Shown one piece after another: positions 51,467 through 60,632 of a stretch of DNA of 64,000 nt; the first letter of the stretch is position 1; each line of letters begins with the position of its first letter. The notes under the pieces are model-generated. The model was not told where the DNA came from, made no database searches, and saw only the letters and a program-made list of their open reading frames with translations. The translations under genes and the position numbers were made by a program. The stretch is from positions 4,519 through 68,518 of the forward strand of contig CAIKVT010000021.1 of NCBI GenBank assembly GCA_903830945.1, written 5' to 3'. The stretch comes from an uncultured Elusimicrobia bacterium (GTDB taxonomy: Bacteria; Elusimicrobiota; Elusimicrobia; UBA1565; UBA9628).

Positions 51467-52105
51467 ATGGATGAGCATCTCCAAGTCGGAACATTGAATA
51501 TCCTGATGAATGCGGCAGAGGCCCTGAGGAAGAATGGCTTTGAGACCGAGGTGTTCGCGGACGGGGCGTCCGCGGTTGCGTACATCCTCAAGCTGATAGG
51601 CTTGGGCAAGACCGTGGGAATTGGCGGGACTATGAGCGTCGTGGAGCTCGGGCTTGCCGAGCGGCTGGTCGCGGCCCGCAACGAGATCGTCACCCATCAG
51701 CCTGGCATGGGGCCGGAGGAGCGCCGGCGCGTCTTCCGTCAGGCCCAGGCCGCTGATTTCTATATCGCTTCGCCCCAGGCCGTGACGCGGGACGGCAAGA
51801 TGATCTTCGTCGACGGATTTGGGAATCGCGTGTCCGCCATCAGCTATGGCCCGGGGCGGGTCATTCTGCTGGCCGGGCGCAACAAGCTGGTCCGAGATAT
51901 CGATGAGGGGCTCTGGCGGATGCGGAACATCGCCGCGTTGGCCAACAACATAAGGCTCAAGAAGAATAACCCTTGCGTGAAGGCCGGGCTTTGCGTGGAC
52001 TGCTCGAGCCCGGAGCGCATCTGCAATGTGGTGACCATGCTTTGGAAGAAGCCGCGTGGCACGGAGTACAGCGTGGTCCTAGTCAATGAGGAGCTCGGAT
52101 ATTGA
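51467..52105 (+). CDS. LUD-domain (lactate utilisation-like) protein
   Basis: GIGGT, DGFGNRV, GRNKLV, PCVKAGLCVDCSSPERICN and EELGY. Confidence 0.88.
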   Translation: MDEHLQVGTLNILMNAAEALRKNGFETEVFADGASAVAYILKLIGLGKTVGIGGTMSVVELGLAERLVAARNEIVTHQPGMGPEERRRVFRQAQAADFYIASPQAVTRDGKMIFVDGFGNRVSAISYGPGRVILLAGRNKLVRDIDEGLWRMRNIAALANNIRLKKNNPCVKAGLCVDCSSPERICNVVTMLWKKPRGTEYSVVLVNEELGY

Positions 52106-52130
52106 CCGGGCCTGCATTTTGGGCTAAAAT
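52102..52130 (+). promoter_or_regulatory. Putative sigma70 promoter of tRNA-Ala
   Basis: TTGACC-N17-TAAAAT, 11 bp before the tRNA. Confidence 0.65.
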
Positions 52131-52141
52131 ATAATTACTTC

Positions 52142-52217
<76 letters not shown>

Positions 52218-52226
52218 ATCTCTGTG

Positions 52227-52256
52227 AAAAAAGCCCTCTGGCAAGAGGGCTTTTTT
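52227..52256 (+). terminator. Terminator after tRNA-Ala (bidirectional type)
   Basis: AAAAAAGCCCTCT-GGCA-AGAGGGCTTTTTT. Confidence 0.85.
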
Positions 52257-52416
52257 ATTTTGTGCCGACGCGCGATGCTCAGGCTGGTTAGATAAACGGA
52301 ATACAAGTGTTCAACCGTTCCAATTTCTCAGACGGTTGTTTTCATCTTAAAATATCAGCCAGATTTTTTAGGCAAGTTCATCCCGGTATCTGTCTGTCTT
52401 GAAAAATGACCTCGAC

Positions 52417-52436
52417 ATGGACACTTTTTGGACACC
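52417..52436 (+). repeat. 20-bp direct repeat, copy 1 (possible integrase arm site)
   Basis: ATGGACACTTTTTGGACACC, identical to 63591-63610. Confidence 0.8.
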
Positions 52437-52581
52437 AATAGCCGTCCCCGGCATTGATGCTTCTGGGAAATGCGCATAGCCCGTGTATTGATTAATCATT
52501 TGGTTCATCGTCTTGATAATGCCATTATTTACACACTGTGCGAGTCTCGGAACATTGACTGCAATGACCGACCGCAGGCAC

Positions 52582-52607
52582 TAAACCTTCGGGGACTTCC
52601 AGAGTCT
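52582..52607 (+). promoter_or_regulatory. Putative ECF-sigma autoregulatory promoter
   Basis: TAAACC-N15-AGTCT, same geometry as the motifs at 54062 and 58937. Confidence 0.65.
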
Positions 52608-52625
52608 ATATTATCAGCAGGCATC

Positions 52626-53192
52626 TTGAACGGCCAGAACGTCGACATTGAACTCGTCGAGAGGGCGCGCAAAGGCGATGCCGATGCCTTTGGGATCCTG
52701 GTCATGCATTATCAACGCCTGCTCACAGTTATCGCATTTGAGATTCTGGGAGACACGGGGAGAACGGAGGATGTCGTGCAGGAAGCGTTCCTGTCCGCAT
52801 GGAAATCCCTCCCCCAATATAGGGGAGACGCCAGCTTCAAGAACTGGCTGTGCCGCATCCTGCTTAATAAGACCTATTCCGCGCTTCGTTGGGGACGCCT
52901 GCGCCGATGGCTCAGCCTCGACCAGCCATCCGGGGTTCCCTGGACCGAGACCTTGGAGGATACCGCGCCCGACGCGGACCCGGAACGCATCCGTCTGCGG
53001 GAGGAGCATTCGACCGCGGTGCGGCAGGCCGTGTCCGGTTTGCCGCTCCAGCAGAAGACCGCGGTCATATTGCGCTCCAACGGTCTTGACGTGGCCGAAG
53101 TGGCGCGGACCATGGGCGTCGCGGAGGGGACGGTCAAGGCGCATCTGCACCAGGCCCGCGCTCGACTCTCCTCGGTGATGGGGGGTACATGA
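52626..53192 (+). CDS. ECF RNA polymerase sigma factor
   Basis: LVERARKGDADAF, EDVVQEAFLSAW, SFKNWLCRI, LPLQQK and GVAEGTVKAHLHQAR. TTG 52626 was chosen over ATG 52470 because of the promoter position and typical ECF length. Confidence 0.93.
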   Translation: MNGQNVDIELVERARKGDADAFGILVMHYQRLLTVIAFEILGDTGRTEDVVQEAFLSAWKSLPQYRGDASFKNWLCRILLNKTYSALRWGRLRRWLSLDQPSGVPWTETLEDTAPDADPERIRLREEHSTAVRQAVSGLPLQQKTAVILRSNGLDVAEVARTMGVAEGTVKAHLHQARARLSSVMGGT

Positions 53193-53536
53193 AACAAGAA
53201 GAAGACGACGCATTCTGGTCTGGAGTCGGGGACACGCTCCGGCCCCGCCTCAGCGAAGCTCATTGGACGGCTCAGCGCAACCGCATCCTTTCGCGGTTGG
53301 CCCCGGAGGAATCCGTGTCCGCATTCGCCGGCTGGTGGAAAGTCCCGGCGTTGACGCTGGCCTCGTGCGCTGTCTATGTGCTGTGCGTGGAGACATCCCT
53401 GCTCCCCCAGCCCACATCCGAACCGCCGGCCGCGGCGTCCTCGTCCGCCGGCGTCGTGACCCTGTCGACCATCCTGTCTGACGGGCAGGAGCCGAGCGAA
53501 GGGCATCTTTTGACCATGATCCTTGAAGGGGACTAA
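53189..53536 (+). CDS. Putative single-TM anti-sigma factor
   Basis: ATGA overlap with the sigma gene; 115 aa with one hydrophobic segment. The function is inferred from position. Confidence 0.65.
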   Translation: MKQEEDDAFWSGVGDTLRPRLSEAHWTAQRNRILSRLAPEESVSAFAGWWKVPALTLASCAVYVLCVETSLLPQPTSEPPAAASSSAGVVTLSTILSDGQEPSEGHLLTMILEGD

Positions 53537-53537
53537 A

Positions 53538-53960
53538 ATGAACATGCGCTGGAATCAGATCGCCATATCGGTCGCGGTGGGCTTCCTTGCGGGAGCCTTG
53601 TTCTCCGATTTCTATCACATGCATATCAAGCGCAGGCCGCCCAAGGCCGTCCCGGAGGAAGGGGCGATAGAGAGGTGCACGCGCGAGTTGGACCTTTCCA
53701 AGCAGCAGCAGGACCAGGTGGCCGCCATCTTCAAGGAATATCGTCCAAAAGTGCGCGGTGTGAAGGATTCGATCCGGCCCGCATTGGAAGGCCTGCGCCT
53801 CAAGATCAAATCCGAATTGAGATCGGTCCTTACGCAGATGCAATACTCCAAGCTCGAAAAGCTCGACGATGAGTCCCGGCGGACCGAGGGTCCTCCGCCA
53901 ATGCGGGAGGGTCCAGGAGATTCCCGGCTACACGGCCAGGACCCGCCCCCCCGCCGCTAA
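53538..53960 (+). CDS. Periplasmic Spy/CpxP-like (heavy-metal sensor-like) helical protein
   Basis: N-terminal hydrophobic segment; ELDLSKQQQDQV and SVLTQMQYSKL (LTxxQ-type motifs). Confidence 0.75.
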   Translation: MNMRWNQIAISVAVGFLAGALFSDFYHMHIKRRPPKAVPEEGAIERCTRELDLSKQQQDQVAAIFKEYRPKVRGVKDSIRPALEGLRLKIKSELRSVLTQMQYSKLEKLDDESRRTEGPPPMREGPGDSRLHGQDPPPRR

Positions 53961-54061
53961 GCCAGCGCCCTCCGGCGCAGACTCATCCGTTCCCACCCCC
54001 TAAATCCTCCTGCAGGGTCAACCGGGCCAGAATGCGTGTATTTTACAGGCATTTCCCCAAG

Positions 54062-54087
54062 TAAACCAAAATCCTTCCTGGGCGTCT
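54062..54087 (+). promoter_or_regulatory. Putative ECF promoter for the barrel-PKD/PEBP-PEBP unit
   Basis: TAAACCAAAATC-CTTCCT-GGGCGTCT. Confidence 0.75.
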
Positions 54088-54129
54088 CCATTGATGCAGG
54101 GGCTTTAGCCGGGCCGTCACAGAGGGTAT

Positions 54130-54687
54130 ATGCAAAAATCGATGGCCGCGATCTGCAACGCCGCGATCAGCGTGTGCCTTGGGACGATGATCCTGGGCGG
54201 CCGCGTGCAGGCTGCGGACTTCGGATCGGATGTGGGGCAAGGCACTTTCGGCGTCGGGCTGAACTACCCGGGGCTGGGCATGAGATATTTCCCGAGCGAT
54301 CAGCTGGCCTTGGAAGTCAAAGGCGAAGTAGACAAGGACGTGGTGGTCGGAGGCCTGCGGGGGTATTGCTATTTGACGCGCGTTTCCCGAGGAGCGCTTT
54401 TTCTGGGCGCGGAAGCCGACTACATACATTTCAAGGGAGCGGTCAGCCGGGGTTCCGGGGCTGTAGGCCAGGTGTTCGGCGGGTTCGAGTATTTTATATT
54501 GCAGGCTGTCGCTTTGCAGGCTGATTTTGGGCCGGCCTACATCTACCTTAAGAACCAGCAGGGCGGCCTTTCAGTCAGCGGCGTGGAGTACACGGCCAAT
54601 TTCGGGTTCAATTTCTATTGGGGAGGCAGAATGGCGCAAGAATCTCGGCCTTATACGCGGGATGAGGCTTCATGGTTGAGATATTGA
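54130..54687 (+). CDS. Small outer-membrane beta-barrel protein (about 8 strands)
   Basis: Signal peptide (VQA); alternating strands GLGMRYF, GLRGYCY, FLGAEADY, FGGFEYF, ALQADFG and ANFGFNFYW. Confidence 0.75.
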   Translation: MQKSMAAICNAAISVCLGTMILGGRVQAADFGSDVGQGTFGVGLNYPGLGMRYFPSDQLALEVKGEVDKDVVVGGLRGYCYLTRVSRGALFLGAEADYIHFKGAVSRGSGAVGQVFGGFEYFILQAVALQADFGPAYIYLKNQQGGLSVSGVEYTANFGFNFYWGGRMAQESRPYTRDEASWLRY

Positions 54688-54688
54688 T

Positions 54689-57600
54689 ATGAAACGAATA
54701 TCCTGCTTGATCCTATTGGCGATCTTATCGATCACGGTCGATCTTTCAGCCGGATTCGACATCGGAATCACCAAAGCCATCAAGCGCAAGGTGGATTTGC
54801 TGGACAATAAAGTCACGGACAGCAGGAAGCCCGTGGTCTCGTTCGGATTCTCGCCGAGCGCACCCACCCCGGGCCAGACGGTAAGCTTCATCGACGTCTC
54901 CACGAATACGCTTACGTCATGGTCATGGGCATTCGGGGATGGTGCGACCAGCACCTCCCAAAACCCGGCCCACGCCTACAGCTTCGCGGGAACCTACGCA
55001 GTGACGCTCACAGGCACGAATGCCTGGGGCTCCAGCACCGCCAGGAAGACCGTGACCGTGACGGCCGCGGCGGTCGCGCCGGTCGCGGCCTTCAGCTTCT
55101 CGCCGTCCTCGCCGACCGCCGACCAGACGGTCACTTTCACGGACGTCTCCACCCACACGCCCACTTCCTGGTCTTGGACCTTCGGGGACGGGGGGACCAG
55201 CACTTCGCAAAACCCGACCCACGCCTACACTCCCTCCGGGACCTACATGGCCACGCTGACGGCCTCCAATTCAGCCGGCTCCAACGCCGTCAGCCGCACC
55301 GTGACCGTGAACCCGAGCTCTTTTTCCCTCGCTAGCTCCGCCTTCGCCGAGGGCGGAACCCTGCCGTACGACTACGCCTGCGACGGAGGAGGCGCCTCGC
55401 CCGACCTGTCCTGGAATAATAAGCCGTCCGGCACGCAGGAATTCGCGCTGACGATGAAGACTATAACTGCAGACGGGACGCCTAAATGGAACTGGGTGAT
55501 GTACAGCATCCCCGGGACGACTACGGGCTTGGCCAAGAACACTTCCGGGGTAGGCGTTACCGGGCTTGGCAGCGACCTGTCAGCCCTGGTCTATAATCCG
55601 CCCTGCTCGCTGGGGCCCGGACCCAGGACTTACACCCTGACCTTGTACGCGCTGTCGGAGTCGCCGACCCTGCCCGCCGCCGACCAGGTCACCGGCGCCG
55701 TGCTTATCAGCGCCATTTCGTCCATCACGATCAGTTCGACTTCCCTGGACATGACCTACAGCCGGCCCGCCCCCACGGCCGCTTTCACCTTCTCCCCGTC
55801 CTCTCCGTCTACTGGCACGATCGTTGCTTTTATGGATACCTCCACCCGCACGCCCACCGGCTGGTACTGGGACTTCGGGGATGGGGCGACCAGCAGTTCG
55901 CGGAACTCCACACACGCCTACAGCTCTGCGGGTACGTACACCGCATCGCTGACGGCCTCCAATCCGTACGGCTCCTCCAGCTCAAGCCAGGCCGTGACAG
56001 TCAGCGCGACTGGGATCCTACCCACGGCCGCGTTCAGCTTCTATCCGAGCAGTCCGACCACCTATAACACGGTAAGCTTCACCGACTTCTCGCTGAGCAC
56101 CCCGACGGCCTGGGCCTGGAATTTCGGCGACAGCGCCGTCAGCACGGCACAGTACCCGACGCACGTATACGGCTCCGCGGGCACCTACACCGTGACGCTC
56201 ACGGCGACTAATTCCTCCGGCTCGTCCACCTCGACCCATTCCGTGACCGTGGCCGTGCCGGCCTATAACATCGCGCAGGGCGTTTCCGACCAGGCCCAGG
56301 GCACCACTTTGGCCTTTGACGCCCTCGGCCTGATGAACGCCAACCTGGGCGCCGAATCCTATTTCCCGCCGGGCAAGGTGGCCGACTACACAGGCTTCCA
56401 GTTCCTACGCGACAGCGACCCCAGCAATATGGGCCACAACCCGGATTTCACGGGCCTGACCTCCAACAGCGTCATCCGTATACTCACCGACAGCCAACTG
56501 GCGCAACTGGCTGCCCTGGCCGTGAGCCAGGCGGACCTGGTCAACCAGTACGCATATCACCGCTTCACGCTGATAAAGGCGTTCCGGCGTCTTATGGACG
56601 GGGATATGCCCTCCGGCACCGCCGGTCTGAGCATGAGCGCGGTGACGGGCGTGTCGCAGAACCTCTACGCTATGGACGGCCAGATCGCCTTCGACCGGGC
56701 CCTGCTCTACGCCAACATCTACAAGTCCATGACGCGCGCCCAGCTGGCCGCCCTGGATGCCATGAAAGGGGTGGGCGCCTCCTCCTGGACCGTAACCGAC
56801 GCCAATTTCATGAAGGCCAGGGTAGAGTCCGCGCTGGGTCTCACCTATGCTTCCAACGCGACGATGAACACCCTGGTGCAGACCTACGCCGGCGACCTCT
56901 ACAGCTGGTATTCCGGCACGGTGGAGGCGGACGTCTACTTCTGCCCGGAGCGCCACGGCACCTACTACGGCGGGTTCTACATCAAGGACGCGCCGGCCAT
57001 GAACGCGCCGCAGGGCGTCAGTTACACCATTGACTCGGCTCTGACCGGGAACGCCGGGGCCAGCCTTCTCGACAGCTCGCTGGGCTACGTCACACCCACG
57101 CAGGCCGCCATCATGACTAACCTCATGAACACCCAGAAGAGCAACATGAACGGCATAGTCCAGGTGCGCACGCAGATAGCGGCTCTGCTGCGCACCCTGC
57201 TTGTCTCTACCGCTGCCAGCGACTCCGTCAGGGCGCAGGTGCTCGCGCTGTCCTCCGGCACCTACGGCACGCTGGACGGCCGGAACAACTACTACTACGC
57301 CACCGCCTTCAAGCAGGTCCATGACGCGCTGAGCGCTAGCCAGCGGGCCAAGCTGAAAACGGATTTCTGGGATGGGCTGCTTATCAGCACCTACACCAAC
57401 GGAAAAACTTACGACTATTCGGTCTGCAAATCCACTTATCTCTATTCGGACACCACCACCGACCCGAGCGTGCTGGCCCAGATACAGACTTACATAGACA
57501 ACACCGACTCCCTGTTCTCCACCGACCCGCCCTCGGCCGCGTTCTCATTCTCGCCGAGCACGCCCACGGTCGGGCAGACGATCACGTTCACGGACGCCTC

Positions 57601-58225
57601 CGACGGCCCCCCAACCTCATGGTCGTGGGATTTTGGTGACGGCGGCACCAGCGCGTCGCAGAACCCGACGCACTCTTACGATTCCTCCGGCACCTACACT
57701 GTCTCGCTGACGGCCACCAATGCCATCGGCTCGAGCTCCATAAGCCATACCCTCAGCGTCAGCCAGGGAAGTTTTACCCTGGTGAGCGGCGCGGGGGCCA
57801 GCGGCGGGGCCATGACGCTGGAATATTCCTGTTCCGGCGCCGGGTCTTCGCCGGCGATGTCCTGGACCAACGCGCCCTCCGGGACGCAACAGTTCGCTCT
57901 GACCATGTCTGAAGTCACTCCCCAGTTGGAGACCAAATATAACTGGGTCCTCTACGGCATACCAAGCGGCAGTTCCGGCTTTGCCAAGAACACTACCGGC
58001 GGTGGAACGCTGGGCGAGAGCGACGGAACGGCGGGAACGGCTTACAGCCCGCCCTGCGGCCCCGGTAACAGGCTTTATACGTACAGACTCTACGCCCTGT
58101 CCGGAGCCCCATCGCTCTCGTCCAATCCGGCGCAGGTAACAGGTTCCGTTCTTGCGACCGCGCTCGCGGGCATCACCATCAGTTCCGCGACCATGACGCT
58201 GACCTATACGGCGCCATCGCCATGA
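54689..58225 (+). CDS. Secreted multidomain protein: PKD-PKD-PEBP-PKD-PKD-unknown helical domain-PKD-PEBP
   Basis: Five PKD domains (W.FGDG...H.Y...GTY.V.LT), two YbhB-like domains (SP.LSW...P.GTQ.FALTM...Y.PPC...Y...LYALS), and a central domain homologous to 58992-60626. Confidence 0.88.
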   Translation: MKRISCLILLAILSITVDLSAGFDIGITKAIKRKVDLLDNKVTDSRKPVVSFGFSPSAPTPGQTVSFIDVSTNTLTSWSWAFGDGATSTSQNPAHAYSFAGTYAVTLTGTNAWGSSTARKTVTVTAAAVAPVAAFSFSPSSPTADQTVTFTDVSTHTPTSWSWTFGDGGTSTSQNPTHAYTPSGTYMATLTASNSAGSNAVSRTVTVNPSSFSLASSAFAEGGTLPYDYACDGGGASPDLSWNNKPSGTQEFALTMKTITADGTPKWNWVMYSIPGTTTGLAKNTSGVGVTGLGSDLSALVYNPPCSLGPGPRTYTLTLYALSESPTLPAADQVTGAVLISAISSITISSTSLDMTYSRPAPTAAFTFSPSSPSTGTIVAFMDTSTRTPTGWYWDFGDGATSSSRNSTHAYSSAGTYTASLTASNPYGSSSSSQAVTVSATGILPTAAFSFYPSSPTTYNTVSFTDFSLSTPTAWAWNFGDSAVSTAQYPTHVYGSAGTYTVTLTATNSSGSSTSTHSVTVAVPAYNIAQGVSDQAQGTTLAFDALGLMNANLGAESYFPPGKVADYTGFQFLRDSDPSNMGHNPDFTGLTSNSVIRILTDSQLAQLAALAVSQADLVNQYAYHRFTLIKAFRRLMDGDMPSGTAGLSMSAVTGVSQNLYAMDGQIAFDRALLYANIYKSMTRAQLAALDAMKGVGASSWTVTDANFMKARVESALGLTYASNATMNTLVQTYAGDLYSWYSGTVEADVYFCPERHGTYYGGFYIKDAPAMNAPQGVSYTIDSALTGNAGASLLDSSLGYVTPTQAAIMTNLMNTQKSNMNGIVQVRTQIAALLRTLLVSTAASDSVRAQVLALSSGTYGTLDGRNNYYYATAFKQVHDALSASQRAKLKTDFWDGLLISTYTNGKTYDYSVCKSTYLYSDTTTDPSVLAQIQTYIDNTDSLFSTDPPSAAFSFSPSTPTVGQTITFTDASDGPPTSWSWDFGDGGTSASQNPTHSYDSSGTYTVSLTATNAIGSSSISHTLSVSQGSFTLVSGAGASGGAMTLEYSCSGAGSSPAMSWTNAPSGTQQFALTMSEVTPQLETKYNWVLYGIPSGSSGFAKNTTGGGTLGESDGTAGTAYSPPCGPGNRLYTYRLYALSGAPSLSSNPAQVTGSVLATALAGITISSATMTLTYTAPSP

Positions 58226-58280
58226 TGAAAGATCCAGGCGCCGCCAGGCTGGACTTCTTGCCGGCAAAACAGTTTAAACT

Positions 58281-58910
58281 ATGTCTGGAGGAATTATGAA
58301 ACGGCTGACATTTTTAGAGCTTGGCTTGATGCTAGTGCTTTCCCTTCCGGGCGGAGCCGCCCTGGCGCAGTCGGAGCAAGGCGCGGTGAGGAAAAGTCCC
58401 GCACTCCACTTCATCCTGCGTAGCCCGGCGGTGGATGGCGGCGGACAGCTCCCGAAAGACTACACCGGCGACGGAACCAGTTCCACGCTGCCGCTCGAAT
58501 GGAACGGAGCCCCAAAGGAGACAAAGAGTTTCGCAATCATCATGCATCATGTGGCGCCTGACATGATCAAGTGGTACTGGATCCTCTACGACATTCCGGC
58601 CAAAGTCAGGCGCCTGCCCAAGAACGTGAAAGGCGTGGGCAAGCTTGGCAACAACAGCGTCAACGGCCGGGTGGAGTACGCCCCGCCGCATTCCAAGGGC
58701 CCGGGACCCAAGACCTACATCTACACCCTCTACGCCCTATCCGCGCCGCCCAAGCTGGCTGTGCCACCGATTGAAGTCAACCGCGACGCCTTGCTCGCCG
58801 CCATGAAGGGCCTCGTCATCGACAGCGCCCAGCTAAGCGTGGTTTACGAACGGTTTCCCGCACCGGACGGCCGCGAGGGGAATGCGCCGCCCCCAAACGA
58901 CCGGCCATAA
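58281..58910 (+). CDS. Secreted YbhB/YbcL (PEBP) family protein
   Basis: Signal peptide; LPKDYTGDG, PLEWNGAPKETKSFAIIM, WILYDIP and YAPPHSKGPGPKTYIYTLYALS. Start may be ATG 58296. Confidence 0.88.
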   Translation: MSGGIMKRLTFLELGLMLVLSLPGGAALAQSEQGAVRKSPALHFILRSPAVDGGGQLPKDYTGDGTSSTLPLEWNGAPKETKSFAIIMHHVAPDMIKWYWILYDIPAKVRRLPKNVKGVGKLGNNSVNGRVEYAPPHSKGPGPKTYIYTLYALSAPPKLAVPPIEVNRDALLAAMKGLVIDSAQLSVVYERFPAPDGREGNAPPPNDRP

Positions 58911-58936
58911 TGCAAGGAATTATATGAGGGCTGACC

Positions 58937-58962
58937 TAAACCAAAATCATGTTCGGGCGTCT
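58937..58962 (+). promoter_or_regulatory. Putative ECF promoter for the helical-domain protein-phosphoesterase unit
   Basis: TAAACCAAAATC-ATGTTC-GGGCGTCT; 20 motif bases identical to the 54062 copy. Confidence 0.75.
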
Positions 58963-58991
58963 GTATATATGAGGGGTCTTGAGGAGGACTT

Positions 58992-60626
58992 ATGAAAATG
59001 AGAGCGTTCTTGATAGCCGCAATTTTCTCCCTATTGGCTTGGTCAGCTGGGAATTCTTATGCCCAGGAAGAGAATGGCGGGGGTGGAAGAGGCCCGCGCA
59101 GAGGATCGCAGTCTGTCTCCGCAGAGCAAAAGGCCTCCGCCAAGAATGCCCTTTCGGGCTACAACGCCTCGAGCCTCTCAGCCGACGATGCCAAGGCCAT
59201 CCACAGGGCCATGCGGGAGATCGGCATCCACGGGGGGCCTGCGGAGGACGAGCTTCTCAGCTCCATCGGGTTCGACCCCGAAACGCTTAAGAAACTCGAT
59301 CCGCCGCCGGCCAGGCGCGGCGGCCAAGAGAGAGGGGGCAATAGCGGAGGGAGCTCACGGGAGGACCGCGGCGGAGGGATGCGCGGGGACCAGGGCCAAG
59401 ACAGAGGCGGCGAGAGAGCTGGGGCGAGGCCGGGCCCATCGGGGAAGCGCGGCCCGGGCGGCAGCCAATATAGCCTCGAGCAGGCGCTCTCGGACAACGC
59501 CCAGCTGCACACCATCGCATTCAATGGACTGGCGTTTCTGACCGGCGATTTCGGTGCAGCCACCTTCATCCCGCCGGGCAAGGTGTGCGACTTCTTTGGG
59601 TTCCAATACATGCGCGACATCGACGCGGCGAAGAAGGGGCATAACCCCATCTTCCTCAACCGCGTCGTGGGAAACGTCCTTCATATCCTCACAGCCGATC
59701 AAAAGCAGCTGTTTCTGGACCTGGCGGCGGAGCAGGGGCCGCAGCTTACGGCCCTGGCGAAGCTGCGGCTGCCGGTCATCAAGGCTTTCCACCTACAGAG
59801 GGACAACCAGCTGCCTGCGGGCAGTTCCGGGCTGAACAAGGCAGCCGTCATGCGCGGCGTCGGCGAGATCTTCGCCATGGACGCCGAACTCAGCCGCCGT
59901 CGGGCGGAGGTCATGGCGCAGGTGTATTTATCCCTGACGCCTGACCAGAAGGCTTCCTTCGCCAGGATGAAGTTCGGCGATTTCAACACCTGGGCGGACC
60001 TCGACGAGAGCGAAGGCAAGGAAGCCGGCCGCGGCAAGCCCAAGATGTTCAACGTGGCCTATATGACCTACGCCAGCGAGTTCTTCAGCTGGACCGCCGG
60101 CTCGGTGGAAGCGGACGTCTATTTCTGCCCGGAGCGTCACGGCACGTACTTCGGCGGATTCTACATGAAGGACATGCCCGCCATGGGCAAGCGCAATTAC
60201 GACATCAGCACCTCGGTCACCGGCGACAGCGGCAAGGCGTTCCTTGACGACGCGCTCACCCCCGCCCAGCGCCAGAACGTCACAGCGATCCCCGCCCTCC
60301 AGCGGCAGGCCATGGACAAGATCGTGACGGTGCGCCGGGCGATGTCCCAGGAGCTGCGCAAATACCTCAAAGGCCAGACGCCGGACAAGAAAAGGATAAT
60401 AGCGTTGGGCCGCCAATACGGCGAACTGGACGGTGAGGTGTCCTGGTACTATGCCACGGCCTTCGCCCGCGTCAACCGCACGCTCACCGCTCAGCAGCGC
60501 GCTGCATTGGTCAAGCTGCGCAACTTGGACGGCTACACGAGCGCGCCCTATTACATCTATTCGGATGGTGCGCGGGAGGAGCCGGAATTGGGAGACGTCG
60601 ATGCCTTCTTCTTTGCGCCTAAATAA
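58992..60626 (+). CDS. Secreted protein: Gly/Arg-rich N-terminus plus unknown helical domain with four LTxxQ motifs
   Basis: GAGGAGG RBS; signal peptide (SYA); paralogous to the central domain of 54689-58225. Confidence 0.85.
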   Translation: MKMRAFLIAAIFSLLAWSAGNSYAQEENGGGGRGPRRGSQSVSAEQKASAKNALSGYNASSLSADDAKAIHRAMREIGIHGGPAEDELLSSIGFDPETLKKLDPPPARRGGQERGGNSGGSSREDRGGGMRGDQGQDRGGERAGARPGPSGKRGPGGSQYSLEQALSDNAQLHTIAFNGLAFLTGDFGAATFIPPGKVCDFFGFQYMRDIDAAKKGHNPIFLNRVVGNVLHILTADQKQLFLDLAAEQGPQLTALAKLRLPVIKAFHLQRDNQLPAGSSGLNKAAVMRGVGEIFAMDAELSRRRAEVMAQVYLSLTPDQKASFARMKFGDFNTWADLDESEGKEAGRGKPKMFNVAYMTYASEFFSWTAGSVEADVYFCPERHGTYFGGFYMKDMPAMGKRNYDISTSVTGDSGKAFLDDALTPAQRQNVTAIPALQRQAMDKIVTVRRAMSQELRKYLKGQTPDKKRIIALGRQYGELDGEVSWYYATAFARVNRTLTAQQRAALVKLRNLDGYTSAPYYIYSDGAREEPELGDVDAFFFAPK

Positions 60627-60632
60627 GGAAGA

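Noticed and set aside
52470-52625. N-terminal extension of the ECF sigma in the ORF track
   Set aside because: The segment is AT-rich, is not sigma-like and contains the putative autoregulatory promoter.
54830-57770. DNA-level repeats within the PKD gene as a recombination or DGR system
   Set aside because: They are explained by five diverged PKD domains; no reverse transcriptase or adenine-specific TR/VR pair was seen.
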